Origin: Octopus vulgaris
Taxonomy: Eukaryota
Direction of reading: 5' to 3'
Length of the DNA: 64,000 bases
Assembly: GCA_951406725.2 (NCBI GenBank)
Contig: OX597816.1
Location: 73,284,001-73,348,000 of the forward strand
Part shown: piece by piece, positions 63,076 to 64,000 of the stretch
How the letters are laid out: every line of letters starts with the position of its first letter
Position numbering within the stretch: position 1 is the stretch's first letter
The notes under the pieces: model-generated
What the model saw: the letters and a program-made list of their open reading frames with translations, nothing else
Told to the model about the DNA's origin: nothing
Database searches by the model: none
Program-made: the position numbers and the translations under genes

Positions 63076-64000
63076 ATATATATTTGTGTGTGTGTGTAAT
63101 ATAACATACGGATTCAGAGAATCGTATGGCTTTCATAAAAAAAGCACGCGCCTTTTAAGCAGCTGGCTAGCAGTCTACACACTGGTCCAATACAGAAAAG
63201 TGTAATGGAGAGTGTCCATGCACCTGAAATGCAGAAGATCCAATCAATGGATTTGTTTTATGAAGGGTATATAAACCATAAAACATCAGGAGTAATGAGA
63301 GGTGAATATATCTATACAACCACTTGACATGCTTGACATATCCATAAATCAATTTAAATATAGAAAGCTATCTTATCCCATCAGAACATTCTGGTCACAT
63401 TGCAAATATAGTTTTGAATTGTACAATGCCGAGCATACGTATTAATGAAAACGTGTACGCATAACTTCTTTCAAACAAATTATTACATGATATTGGCTGC
63501 GAAACGGCAGTAATCTTAATGATGTGAAGTGGTTCAATAAATGCATTCATCTAAACATACAAACTGCCATTTCCTGATATATACAAACACACACAAACAC
63601 ACAAACAAAATCATATATATGTATATATGCACATACATTCATACATGCATAAATACATATTTCTATACGTACCTACATGCATACACACATACATACATAT
63701 ATACATAAATGCATACATACCTACGTACATACCTGCATAAATAAAAATATATGCAAACATACAAATATAGATACATATATGTATGCATTCATGCATACAT
63801 ACACACATGCATGCATACACACATACCTACATAGCCACATACTTACACACACACGTACATATATACATACATACATACATACAATGTATACACACGTACA
63901 TACACATATACATAAATACACACAGACATATGCATGTATTACGTATATATATATGTGTGTATGTATGTGTGTATACAAGTATGTATGTATGTATGTATTT

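Overview
Eukaryotic, AT-rich window dominated by microsatellites ((TA)n, (CA)n, (GA)n, (TAGA)n, (TACA)n, (TAA)n and others). It reads as intergenic or intronic DNA, most likely from an octopus or other coleoid cephalopod; this is inferred from the repeat families, not proven. No host protein-coding exon can be supported, and nearly all listed ORFs are translated microsatellites. The real content is a dense mobile-element landscape. There are at least four tRNA-headed SINE families with swappable tails (my labels A-D). Retroelements include a 5'-truncated Penelope-like element (RT C-terminus plus GIY-YIG), Dong/R4, CR1-type and ORF1-only remnants. DNA elements include mariner-, Tigger-, Kolobok- and Helitron-like non-autonomous copies, plus several fold-back palindromes. 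The most interesting signal is a set of hammerhead-ribozyme-like motifs in microsatellite-embedded elements: (1) an apparently non-circularly permuted hammerhead at 60218-60364(-), with a truncated second example at 51538-51578(-); (2) a tRNA-headed element carrying a hammerhead, present as a ~640-bp fold-back at 31518-32158; (3) a minimal Penelope hammerhead with a CUGUUGA core variant at 62656-62693. All structures were derived by eye and need covariance and cleavage tests.
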